Shown here piece after piece: positions 20,109-29,256 of a stretch of 36,823 bases of DNA; the stretch's first letter is position 1; each line of letters starts with the position of its first letter. The translations under genes and the position numbers were made by a program. Under the pieces are notes generated by a model. The model saw only the letters and a program-made list of their open reading frames with translations. It did no database searches and was not told where the DNA came from. This stretch comes from Trichomonas gallinae (Eukaryota): positions 1 through 36,823 of the forward strand of contig MRSU01007698.1 in the NCBI GenBank assembly GCA_008369845.1, written 5' to 3'.

Positions 20109-20232
20109 TTTGACAAATAAATTTATTTACATGACATATTTAAACAATTCTAATGAAAGCGACATAAATAATTTGACAAATAAATATACTTACATGACAT
20201 ATTTTATGTGTTACAATAAAAGTGACATAAAT
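20109..20232 (+). repeat. 63-bp tandem duplication filling a divergent promoter region
   Basis: TTTGACAAATAAAT.TA.TTACATGACATATTT...AAAG(C/T)GACATAAAT starts at 20109 and 20172. Confidence 0.88.
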
Positions 20233-20243
20233 GTTTTTGATGA

Positions 20244-21590
20244 ATGGATTATAAAGAAAATGATGATCTCAAAACATCGCAAAATGAGAAACCAAAAGAA
20301 GAAATAGATTTTAATATAGAGGATCTACGAATTGGCATTGAAAATTTCAATATATCAATGGAAGAAGGAAAACCTGACGAAACAGTCAGCAATTTTCAAT
20401 TTTTAGCTCATATATTTGCTGAAAAAACAATTCCAAAAGATATATATCAAAATATTTATGATTCCGAATTATTAATCGATTTAATTGACTTTATTCAAAT
20501 GTTTAATGATGTTGATTCGTTAATTCTAGATGCAGAGTTTATCATTTATCATTTAATCATGAACAATAGGAATTTTATCGATCAATTTATTATTAATGAT
20601 GGATTGGAGCCAATATTATCGATATTAACAAGATCTGGAAACGAAGAAATCATAATCAAATCATTAGAATTGCTCAAAATTCTAATATTTAATGATAAAA
20701 TAAAATTCATTTTGGATAATATAAGGTTCCCGGCACTAATTGATTCTATACTTCAGAGATTTAGTTCACCGGACTTGTTAGTTAATTGCGCATCAATTAT
20801 AGATTTATCGATACACAGACTTCCAGAAATGCGCAAAAAGTTCATGGACATTGCAATGAGATTATTTGACTTAATTATAACAATTGAAGATGAAAATATA
20901 ACTGATGTTTTATATGATAAAATTATTGGATCTTTCGAAAAATTCGCTTACAATGACTTTGAAAGCATCAAATGGATTCTTGAGAACAATATATTACAGT
21001 TTTGCTTTGAAGAATCTCTCAGAGTTCCAAAAAAAATTGCAAACAGATTAATTTTTATTCTAGTTGGAATATTTAACACATTTCCAAAACTAATGACAAT
21101 AAATACAATAGAACCAACACCTGAAGTGCAAATTATAATCGAAGCAACGAAGAATTTACCATTTAATTTAATTATAGATTTAATTAATGGTTTTATCGCT
21201 TGCGCTGATGATCAAGGGCTTAAGAGTCTCTTTATGCTGCTAGAATTAGCTGCACAATATGATGAACAAGTAATTATTCAACTAATGCAGTTGAATTTTG
21301 CAGAACTTTGGAAAATTACAATGAAAAATGGAGATTTCAAGGCTAAATCAGAATGCATTCATCTATTATATGAATGGAAGCAGTACATGCCAACAGAAAT
21401 GCTACTTGAGTTCATTGATTACGAAATCATTGATATTTTAGAACCATTCAGAGAAATAGATAGTGAAATATCAATCAAAATATACGAAATATGCTGCAAC
21501 GTATTTGTTAGGATACCACAAGAGTCAGAACTCTATGATAAACTTTATGATATAATTGATACACCGACAGCAGATGATATGGATACATAG
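20244..21590 (+). CDS. Hypothetical alpha-helical ARM/HEAT-like repeat protein
   Basis: 448 aa. FIINDGLEPILSIL and GDFKAKSEC are ARM-like; size and composition resemble 17699-19012. Confidence 0.7.
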   Translation: MDYKENDDLKTSQNEKPKEEIDFNIEDLRIGIENFNISMEEGKPDETVSNFQFLAHIFAEKTIPKDIYQNIYDSELLIDLIDFIQMFNDVDSLILDAEFIIYHLIMNNRNFIDQFIINDGLEPILSILTRSGNEEIIIKSLELLKILIFNDKIKFILDNIRFPALIDSILQRFSSPDLLVNCASIIDLSIHRLPEMRKKFMDIAMRLFDLIITIEDENITDVLYDKIIGSFEKFAYNDFESIKWILENNILQFCFEESLRVPKKIANRLIFILVGIFNTFPKLMTINTIEPTPEVQIIIEATKNLPFNLIIDLINGFIACADDQGLKSLFMLLELAAQYDEQVIIQLMQLNFAELWKITMKNGDFKAKSECIHLLYEWKQYMPTEMLLEFIDYEIIDILEPFREIDSEISIKIYEICCNVFVRIPQESELYDKLYDIIDTPTADDMDT

Positions 21591-22117
21591 ATATAATAAC
21601 AACTGAAGGAAAAGCATAATTGTTTGAAAAAAAGCGTAACACTTTCATAGTTTTAAAATATATATAATTTATTTTAATGCAAGAAAAGTTTCAATTATAA
21701 GGGATGTATTTTATGGATGCTTCCAAAAGAATATATGTGTTATCAGCAGATCTCTTAGCAGTTTTAAAGATATTTTCATATTTTTGGATATATTTTTGAC
21801 AATTACTACCTCAAGCAGAGGAAGCTAAGCTATTCCATTGCGTATATTATATTTATTCTATAAAAGATTTGTTATCAATTGAAGATATTGATGGTACACT
21901 TTGCGCTTCACATAATTTCGAAGATAACATCCATCATGAAAGATTCTTCGTTTAACAAAAAAACTTGAGATTTTCATCAAATTTCACCAATTGTTTGAAA
22001 ATTGATATTTTGATATTTTTGATGTGGCCATTGACTTCTCCAAATGTAATGAATCAATCCTAGTAAAGAATAATATTTTGCCTGAGTTTTTGAGATTTTG
22101 GTCCTAAAAGTGTCATT

Positions 22118-22126
22118 AAAAGTGAC
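22118..22126 (+). promoter_or_regulatory. AAAAGTGAC core-promoter motif (Trichomonas M2-like)
   Basis: Lies immediately before the ATG at 22128. The same motif or its reverse complement occurs at 9266, 13876, 17658, 20218 and 23624, each near a start codon. Confidence 0.6.
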
Positions 22127-22127
22127 A

Positions 22128-23060
22128 ATGAGTGATTTTAACAAGATAGAAAAGTTTGTTAACGAATTCAAGCAAAAATTCGAGGATGTTTCCATTGGTG
22201 TTTCAATGGTTTCCATCCTATCTAAAGTTGTCGAAGAATCAGACTCTTCAACAATGGCTGGTTTGGAAATCGAAATTAATAACCTTGTAAAAGCTATTAA
22301 GCAAAGCTGCCCAAGACTTCCTATTCATTTTGATAGCGTTGTACAAGTTTTCAAAGCTAGTTTATCAAAAGCATCTGGTGGTCAAGGCTCAGACTGGAAA
22401 TCTCAGTTCGTGCATCACGCAAACAAGCTTTCCAGAGAATCTGAAGACATCCTCAAAGGTATTCCTGCTAATTTCTACGAATTTATCCCGCATGGAGCCA
22501 CAATCTTGACACGTGGCTATGATTCGTTAGTTCTGAACATGTTAACACTTGCCATTGCCGATGGACGTCAATTCCATGTCTATATTACAGAGGGAAGACC
22601 TTTAGATGATGGAGCCAAAATGGCCAGGAACTTGTTATCTAAAGAGAATATCAAAACAACGATCATCCCTGACTCTATGGTTGGGTTAATTATGCCTAAC
22701 GTTGATGTTCTCCTGCTTGGAACAGATTCTGTTACTCAAGATGGCGGAATTCTTGCTCCAGTTGGCACGTATACAATGTGTGTTATGGCTTCAATACACA
22801 GCAAACCAGTTTATGTTGTTTGCGAAACATATAAGTTTATGAGGAAATTTATTTTGAGCTCGAGTGATCTTTCTGATATCCAAAGAAATGTTGATTATAA
22901 GGCGTGTGGATTGAATGAAGATGATGAGCACATTGATTGCAAAGGACAAGAATTTGATTATACTCCACCACAATTCATTACTCTTCTTCTTACTGAAAAG
23001 GGACCAATCCCACCATCAGCTGTTACACATGATTTAACACTGCTTTTTGGTGTTTCTTAA
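22128..23060 (+). CDS. EIF2B1: Translation initiation factor eIF2B alpha subunit
   Basis: IF-2B family motifs VYITEGRP, IIPDS.VG.IM..VD..L.G.D.V..DGGI...VGTY, KPVYVVCETYKF.R, DYTPPQFITLLLTE and PSAV; about 310 aa, the alpha-subunit size. Confidence 0.85.
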   Translation: MSDFNKIEKFVNEFKQKFEDVSIGVSMVSILSKVVEESDSSTMAGLEIEINNLVKAIKQSCPRLPIHFDSVVQVFKASLSKASGGQGSDWKSQFVHHANKLSRESEDILKGIPANFYEFIPHGATILTRGYDSLVLNMLTLAIADGRQFHVYITEGRPLDDGAKMARNLLSKENIKTTIIPDSMVGLIMPNVDVLLLGTDSVTQDGGILAPVGTYTMCVMASIHSKPVYVVCETYKFMRKFILSSSDLSDIQRNVDYKACGLNEDDEHIDCKGQEFDYTPPQFITLLLTEKGPIPPSAVTHDLTLLFGVS

Positions 23061-23640
23061 TTTTAATTATAATTTTGTTAGATTTAAAACTTATTCTATT
23101 TCCCAATATAGAGCAAATTAACCGCAGCATTGTTTTACTTCTTTTACCAAAACAAAATAACTGAAAATAAGCATATTTTTCAATAAAATTAATATTTTTA
23201 TTTGGTGTTGTTCTTTATCATATATTTAATCAATGTTTATTTTGTTTCAGCAATTCAGCATGTGGATAATATTGAGTTTATCTAATATCACAGCAGGAAA
23301 TAAAGTATTCATAAAGGTAATGATTAGAAGCACAAATTAATGCTTTATTGTGTCGAAATTTTTTTCGCTTTCACATATGTTTCAGAAACTATGAGATGTG
23401 GATTAATGACTTTCATAATGATTTTCGAATATTGATCTTTCATTATTGGGTAATATTACAAGGAATGAATATATATGATGTTTAAAATTTACATGACAAA
23501 TATTTGTTTATTTGTCAAAAGAAATAATGCTTTGTTTTCCAAAAATTAACGATATTTTTCGGTATATTTTCGTGGGTATTTTTACTTATTATAAAAATGA
23601 AAGAAATCAATTCGATTATTTTTGTCACTTTTCAAAAAAA

Positions 23641-24087
23641 ATGGCGGAAGTTCTCACGGCTGCCGTTGAAATGACGGCTCCTCAAGATGATGGTTGCTTT
23701 TCTCTAACTTATACAGAACGTCTTATTGGCTTTGGAATCACAGGAGTCTGTGGTTTAGTCGCCGGAATCTTATCCGTTGTCGCAGTTTTCATTTTAAATA
23801 TGCGAAAATTCGTTGTTCTATTTACACTTTCAAGTATACTTTATCTCATCTCGCTTTGCTTATTAATTGGATTTAAACGAATTTGTAGCTCTTTCACTGA
23901 TCCAAAACGTATATACTCTGCCTTAGGCATGCTAGGTGGAACAATTATTACACTATACTTCGGTCTTTTCAAAAAATGGATCATTTTATCAATTGTTGGA
24001 TTTCTGATTGAATTCGTTTCATTTATTTACTATGCTCTCACGTTTATTCCAGGTGGAGAAAGACTCTTCCATTTGTTATTGTTTTAA
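23641..24087 (+). CDS. SFT2: Got1/Sft2-like vesicle transport membrane protein
   Basis: CFSLTYTERLIGF, KFVVLFTL, FTDPKR and YYALTFIPGG; four hydrophobic segments. ATG at 23641 follows GTCACTTTT/TCA. Confidence 0.85.
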   Translation: MAEVLTAAVEMTAPQDDGCFSLTYTERLIGFGITGVCGLVAGILSVVAVFILNMRKFVVLFTLSSILYLISLCLLIGFKRICSSFTDPKRIYSALGMLGGTIITLYFGLFKKWIILSIVGFLIEFVSFIYYALTFIPGGERLFHLLLF

Positions 24088-24403
24088 ATAAAACTGTTAT
24101 TAATTTATTAAACTAAACCAAATACTGTCTCCATTGATGACTATACCACATGAGGAATTAATATTTTTGTAAATATTAAAACTATCAATTATATTTTTTT
24201 AAATACCATAATATAAATCATGTGATTAAATATTTGCTTCAATTTTATAGAGTTTCTGAATCAAAGACTTGATAGCAAGTAAAAATATTAAAATATTTTC
24301 AAAATACTCTATTTAACAAACAAGATCAATATACACATATACAATTCAAACAAGTACTCCCAATGCAATACGCATATGAAATAAATTCGTAATATTTGAA
24401 AAA

Positions 24404-24976
24404 TCAAATTAATAAACAACATTTTGATCGTTCTCGTACAAAATCTGGCTCCTTAAACTCTATCTTCTGTGTTTCTTTTGCTGTTGGAAATGGAATATCT
24501 GCAATATCTTGGAATAATTTTGAAACGTTTTTGCCTGATACAGCAGAAGTATAATATAAAGGTATGTTGTGGTTTTCTAAGAAAACTTCAATCTCTTTGA
24601 GGTCGTCTTTGTCGAATTGTAAATCGCATTTATTTGCAACAACATAAATATGGTTAATAAGGTACTCATTCTTCACTGTTGCTACCCATATTTCTACTGT
24701 GTCGAAAGTTTTTTCATTTGTAACGTCGAAAACAATTACAGCGACATCTACGCCTTGTGCGAAAATTGGTATGAAACATTTATACTCATCTTGTCCCGCT
24801 GTGTCCCAAACATTCAGGGTGACGTCTTGTTCGTTTGATTGCATCTTCAATGTAATGGTATGCGCACCAATTGTTGGCATGACATTTTCCTGCTTCTCTA
24901 TCTGGTAGTTGATGATAGAAGTCTTACCAACTTCAGTGGTTCCCAATAAAAGAACTTTTCGATCGCGGTGACTCGT
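24404..24976 (-). CDS. Rab-family small GTPase (start codon appears to be ACG)
   Basis: G1 GTTEVGKT, G2 PTIG, G3 WDTAGQ, G4 NKCD, G5 TSA and C-terminal CCLLI prenylation motif. No in-frame ATG precedes G1. Confidence 0.85.
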   Translation of the reverse strand, partial: TSHRDRKVLLLGTTEVGKTSIINYQIEKQENVMPTIGAHTITLKMQSNEQDVTLNVWDTAGQDEYKCFIPIFAQGVDVAVIVFDVTNEKTFDTVEIWVATVKNEYLINHIYVVANKCDLQFDKDDLKEIEVFLENHNIPLYYTSAVSGKNVSKLFQDIADIPFPTAKETQKIEFKEPDFVRERSKCCLLI

Positions 24977-25528
24977 TTTAGAATTCAAAATTTTTCACTT
25001 TTCACCTTATTTTTTTAAATTTTATTAACCTTAGATTGTTCTCGCGAAATTTTTCACCATAAATATAACTTTTACCACTTTGGTAGAGGTCTAGCCCAGG
25101 TCCAGAAGCATAGGAAACCACGAGAAGGCTTAAAAAAGTATTTTTCGAGATGCTTGTAATTTAACGTTTGTTATTTTTAAAAATGAAAATATTAGAATGT
25201 TTTCGTGATTTTTATATAAAATTAGTATTTTTCAAAAGTTCAAATACATGCATTAAGATATATAATACAATATGATAAAATTCTTTGATTTAAAATGTCA
25301 AAATTCCTATAACAAACGAAAATATTGCATTTTTCAATGAAATAATAAATAACAAATGCACATTTCAATGATTATTATTCTAATACACACCAGAAGGCAG
25401 ATTTCTTGTGATTTTTCTGGGTTTCTTGTTGAGATTTTCTTCAGTTTTTGTTTATCTTTTTAAAAACAACTAAAACTAAAATAAATACAACAAAAACAAG
25501 GTATATATAAAAAGTAAAAAGTCCGTTT

Positions 25529-26764
25529 TTACCATTTTTGACGCATTGCACGATCAGGTGGCGCCGAGGATGGTTGAACCTTCTGTCCAAAGTTAAAATC
25601 TCTATCTGATGAATCGTTGTACCTCCTTCCATGACCGCGCTTTCCTCCAAACGGCTTTCCTCTATTCTTCGGCGGAGAGGATGACATTGGCGGATTTAAC
25701 GGTGACTCGAAGCCTTTAGGTGATGGCGGTATTTCAAATGTTGGATGTGGAGCCGACTGTCCGCCTGGTGGATAATTGCGAGGTTTGCGATTCCTTTGTT
25801 TGTTGTGCTGTTGTGGCTTTTCATTGCCAGTTTTGAATGACTCAAATGTCGGAAATTTCTCAAGAACGTCATTCATTTCCTGAGAGACTGGGATTTCGAT
25901 TCCAAGTTTTTGGTTTGCTAAGAATCCTTTCATTTTCTCAATGCCATATGTTGATCCTTTGCTGTAATCAATGAGGGCTTCCTTTTCGAACTCTTTGAAG
26001 ACTGCTTCGTCCCATCTAGTCTCGAGTCCGTATGAGCAAAGTCTGAAGTAGCACTCGATGCCGTAGTGGGATCCGTGGGTTACATCGAGCTTGGCGAGTG
26101 TGAGGAACTCCTGGTACATCTCTTGGTTGAAGTGTTCGCGGAGATAATAGCACCAGAAGTAATAAAGCGAGTTCATCTCAGAACTGCGTCCTGGACCAGC
26201 TGATGTTCTTTCACTGAGTGCAATGGATCTGAATTTATCGTATTTTGACTGCACAAAGTGACCTTCTTGGAGTAAATCGTGAGATATGTGGTCAAAGTAG
26301 CGATGTGAGCCTGAATCGCCGGAGACTGACACGATGTTTCTCTTATCTCTTGATTTATTCATAGACGAGCGGCGGTTTCTTCTTGTATTAGGCTTCGCTT
26401 GGATTTCGGGTGCACCTGATATTGCCGGAACCTCTGATTTTCCACTACTTTCCGCCATCATCTGTTCCTTGAGAGCGTGCGGGGTGTACGAGTGGAAGCC
26501 ATCTGTAAGTAATGATGGGTCAGGTGCAGGGCCTCCGAATACTGGGTCAGGCTCGTTACCGAAGTCTCCTGGACCCCTCCTTTTTGGTCCTGTACGGCCG
26601 GCGTGGTGTGAGTGGTCTATATCATCTGTTATCTTCTTTCCCGGTCCAAGAGAACCGCTCAAAACGGAGTCAGTGAAATCGTCGGAGATTATATCCTCCT
26701 CTTCGATCTCGTTTTCATCCGCTGACTGATATTGAACCGACCCAATCACATCCCAGTCCGACAT
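25529..26764 (-). CDS. LARP1-like DM15-domain protein without a La module
   Basis: HISHDLL...EMNSLYYFWCYYLREHFN.EMY.EF..LA..D...G..YGIECYFR..SYGLE...YGIEK matches the DM15 repeats; flanks are disordered. Confidence 0.88.
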   Translation of the reverse strand: MSDWDVIGSVQYQSADENEIEEEDIISDDFTDSVLSGSLGPGKKITDDIDHSHHAGRTGPKRRGPGDFGNEPDPVFGGPAPDPSLLTDGFHSYTPHALKEQMMAESSGKSEVPAISGAPEIQAKPNTRRNRRSSMNKSRDKRNIVSVSGDSGSHRYFDHISHDLLQEGHFVQSKYDKFRSIALSERTSAGPGRSSEMNSLYYFWCYYLREHFNQEMYQEFLTLAKLDVTHGSHYGIECYFRLCSYGLETRWDEAVFKEFEKEALIDYSKGSTYGIEKMKGFLANQKLGIEIPVSQEMNDVLEKFPTFESFKTGNEKPQQHNKQRNRKPRNYPPGGQSAPHPTFEIPPSPKGFESPLNPPMSSSPPKNRGKPFGGKRGHGRRYNDSSDRDFNFGQKVQPSSAPPDRAMRQKW

Positions 26765-27491
26765 TGTTAAAAAGGACGATTATTCAGCTTTTTACAAATT
26801 TTTCTCAAAATTTGACAGTCATTCTATTACACTCATAGAAGTAAATACGGATATAATGATAAAAATTTTCAACAGCTTTTTGCTCTTCAAATATTTGACT
26901 TGGAATAGTTTTCTACCTTTTAAAGTCACCTCATTAATTCAAAGAAATGAAATATACGGCAAATAATGTCCAAATTCATTTTTTTATATGAATTAATCAA
27001 ATTCAGGGGAATTCAAACGTATTGTATACTTTTTTTCCGAAAATATACCATTAATTCGTGTATTGGAGTTATATATTCGTGGAGAAACCCAAATTTATAT
27101 ATGCTCACATCACAACTTCACTTCACATTTGTATATCATGACCACATATCCTGCATAAAAGACGCACATCAAGAAATATGCATTTCTGTCAATAAACGGG
27201 TTTTCTGACAAAAAACATGATTTTAAAAATGATTTAACTTAAACATGATGGGAATAGTATATGGAGGATGATGGCCTCTGGGCGTACGAAAATATGTCCT
27301 CTTTACCATTCTGTGAAAGAATTCTGCTTGAGCGGAATGAATCCGCATTTGTAGAGTTTACATGAAATTTTTGAAAATTCATCGGACTGGAAAATAATAA
27401 TGCATATAAAATAATAATGCAAAAAACAACAAAAAAGTTAATGCATATCGGTAAAAATAATGAATTGATTTTTGCGTCGTAAATTAAAAAT

Positions 27492-27863
27492 CGTCATGTA
27501 ATCTATTTACATTGACAGATCATTTGAATTTATTCTTTGTCAAAAAAATTGACATGTAAATTAAATTAACCTGACATTTAATAAAGTAGTATTGCAAAAT
27601 GTTGAATATGATGATTCTTTAGTGATTATAATGACTATATGCAAAATATAACCACCAATGACGCACTTTATGGGCCTAGTCTACAACTTGTTGCTCAGAT
27701 TTTGGCTAAAAAAATATTTGGCAAGTAAAAATTTTCTGACATGTAGTATATTTACATTGTCGATTTTAATATTTATTCTGACATGTAATTTATTTACAGC
27801 GTCAATTTTGTTTTTTGAGAGGTAAATTTACTACTGACATGTAAATATTTTCCTGACATGTAA
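27492..27863. repeat. Cluster of TGACATGTAA-type units, several as inverted pairs
   Basis: CTGACATGTA occurs at 27736, 27778, 27834 and 27853. GTCATGTAA-N5-TTACATTGAC is at about 27493 and TTGACATGTAAA at about 27549. Confidence 0.8.
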
Positions 27864-27864
27864 T

Positions 27865-27982
27865 ACTGAATCATAATAAATATAATTCAGTTAATAGCAC
27901 AAAATCCTGACTTAGTCGGAAATCGGTTAATGCTCCATTAACCAATCCATGGTTTGCCTGCTATACCCACACTGTCTTGGGT
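27865..27982 (-). ncRNA. Candidate structured non-coding RNA, unknown family
   Basis: Five stems in about 120 nt. Two 11-bp stems each have one C-A mismatch on the plus strand that becomes a G-U pair on the minus strand. Confidence 0.4.
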
Positions 27983-28308
27983 TATAATATAGTTATAATT
28001 TTATTTCAAATTTTTTGTTTGAAATACTGACATTTCAATTTCGAAAAGCACAATCACAGCATTTGCTTGACAAACTGATCATATCTAACAATATAACAAG
28101 CGATCACACGCCCGGAAGAATTTTTTTGTAAAAAAAAATCTATCGAAATTGAAGCAATATATAACCAAAACAAACTAAATATAAATCTTGTTCGTTTATT
28201 TTCTTTATGGAGAAAATTTTATACGTGTTTATAATTAATGTGATATATAGAGTAAAATGAAAAGAGAAAAAAGGCAGCCAATTATATCGTTAATTTTGAA
28301 TGGTTCAA

Positions 28309-28318
28309 TCACTTCACT
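28309..28318 (+). promoter_or_regulatory. Tandem Inr elements TCACT-TCACT
   Basis: Lies 10-19 nt upstream of the ferredoxin ATG. Confidence 0.7.
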
Positions 28319-28327
28319 TCGCTTTTA

Positions 28328-28639
28328 ATGCTCTCTTCTGTCTCCAACGTCCGCCTCTTCAAGCTCACAATCGTTAAGGGTGGCGAGAAGATCCCAATCA
28401 ACTTCGATGATGGCACAAGACTCTTCGATGGAGTCGCTGGCACAAAGGCCGAATCCCTTCAGGGCAAGTGCGGCGGTTCCCAGGTTTGCGGCGAATGCAA
28501 GTGCCAGATCCCACAGAAGCTCTACCAGGCTCCAGATGAGGACGAGAAGGAACTTCTCGCTGGCGCTCCAGCTAATTCTCGCCTCGCCTGCAACCTCACA
28601 CTCACAGCTGCTTTCGATGGTGCTGAAATCCAAATTTAA
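28328..28639 (+). CDS. Hydrogenosomal [2Fe-2S] ferredoxin (adrenodoxin-type)
   Basis: C-x5-C-x2-C (CGGSQVCGEC) plus SRLAC; short MLSSVSNVR leader; strong codon bias. Confidence 0.92.
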   Translation: MLSSVSNVRLFKLTIVKGGEKIPINFDDGTRLFDGVAGTKAESLQGKCGGSQVCGECKCQIPQKLYQAPDEDEKELLAGAPANSRLACNLTLTAAFDGAEIQI

Positions 28640-28932
28640 GCGGGCTAGTTTCATGATATTTTTTAAAATATATTTTTAAAATTTTCCTTATTTTATTCTA
28701 CTTTTTAATACCCATAATACTAACATATCCCAGCCATTGAAGCGTTGTGTGGAATTTTTAGCTTCTTTCTCTACATTTTATTTATTTTCTGTTATTATTT
28801 TAACTAATCTAAATAATGACAAGCTATTTGGATTTGGATGGACTAAATAATGAAGAATTTGGTATAAATGGCTTGTTTAATATAAAGATTTTTTATTATT
28901 TTACTAAATGTACATGTAATCCTTTGGATAGT

Positions 28933-29256
28933 TTACTCGAAGACAGCGAGGATATCATCTTCGTTGATGATGGTATACTCAAAGCCATCGAACTTCAAGA
29001 CTTGGCCACCGAATTCAGGCAAGAGAACTTTCTGGCCCTTCTTGAGTGTTGTTGGGACGAAAACACCATCTCTCTTCGAGCCTGGGCCGACAGCGACAAT
29101 TGTTGCCTGGTTTGGTGCCTTCTGGGCGGATTCTGGAACATAAAGATTTCCAACTTTCTGCTTCATTTCCTTATTCATCTCGACAACAATGCGTGAGCCT
29201 AATGGCTTGATTGTGAGCTTCTTGCCGAGGAAACGTGCGCCGATTGATGCGAGCAT
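28933..29256 (-). CDS. HSP10: Chaperonin 10 (Cpn10/Hsp10/GroES family), hydrogenosomal
   Basis: KPLGSRIVV, ATIVAVGPG, VLLPEFGG and EDDILAV; MLASIGARF leader. Confidence 0.95.
   Translation of the reverse strand: MLASIGARFLGKKLTIKPLGSRIVVEMNKEMKQKVGNLYVPESAQKAPNQATIVAVGPGSKRDGVFVPTTLKKGQKVLLPEFGGQVLKFDGFEYTIINEDDILAVFE

Noticed and set aside
20110..20307. 65-aa ORF with an internal peptide repeat
   Set aside because: Translation of the 63-bp non-coding tandem with a non-ATG start.
21713..21955. Reading frame interrupted by a single TGA (readthrough or selenocysteine?)
   Set aside because: No recognisable protein similarity or SECIS; compatible with chance in AT-rich DNA.
25070..25130. GCCCAGGTCCAGAAGCA resembling SRP RNA helix 8
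   Set aside because: Lacks the GNRA tetraloop and enough stem between CAGG and AGCA; no surrounding SRP helices.
26966..27208. 80-aa intergenic ORF
   Set aside because: No motif and AT-rich random-like composition.
27608..27739. ATGATGA...CTGA as a C/D snoRNA
   Set aside because: No terminal stem, the CTGA belongs to the repeat motif, and no rRNA guide was recognised.
27965..27982. Minus-strand CAGUGU loop as an iron-responsive element near ferredoxin
   Set aside because: The 5-bp upper stem cannot form, it is antisense to ferredoxin, and it lies far upstream of the Inr.
28325..29196. ORFs overlapping ferredoxin and Cpn10 (109, 99 and 126 aa)
   Set aside because: Antisense or alternate-frame openness caused by strong codon bias.
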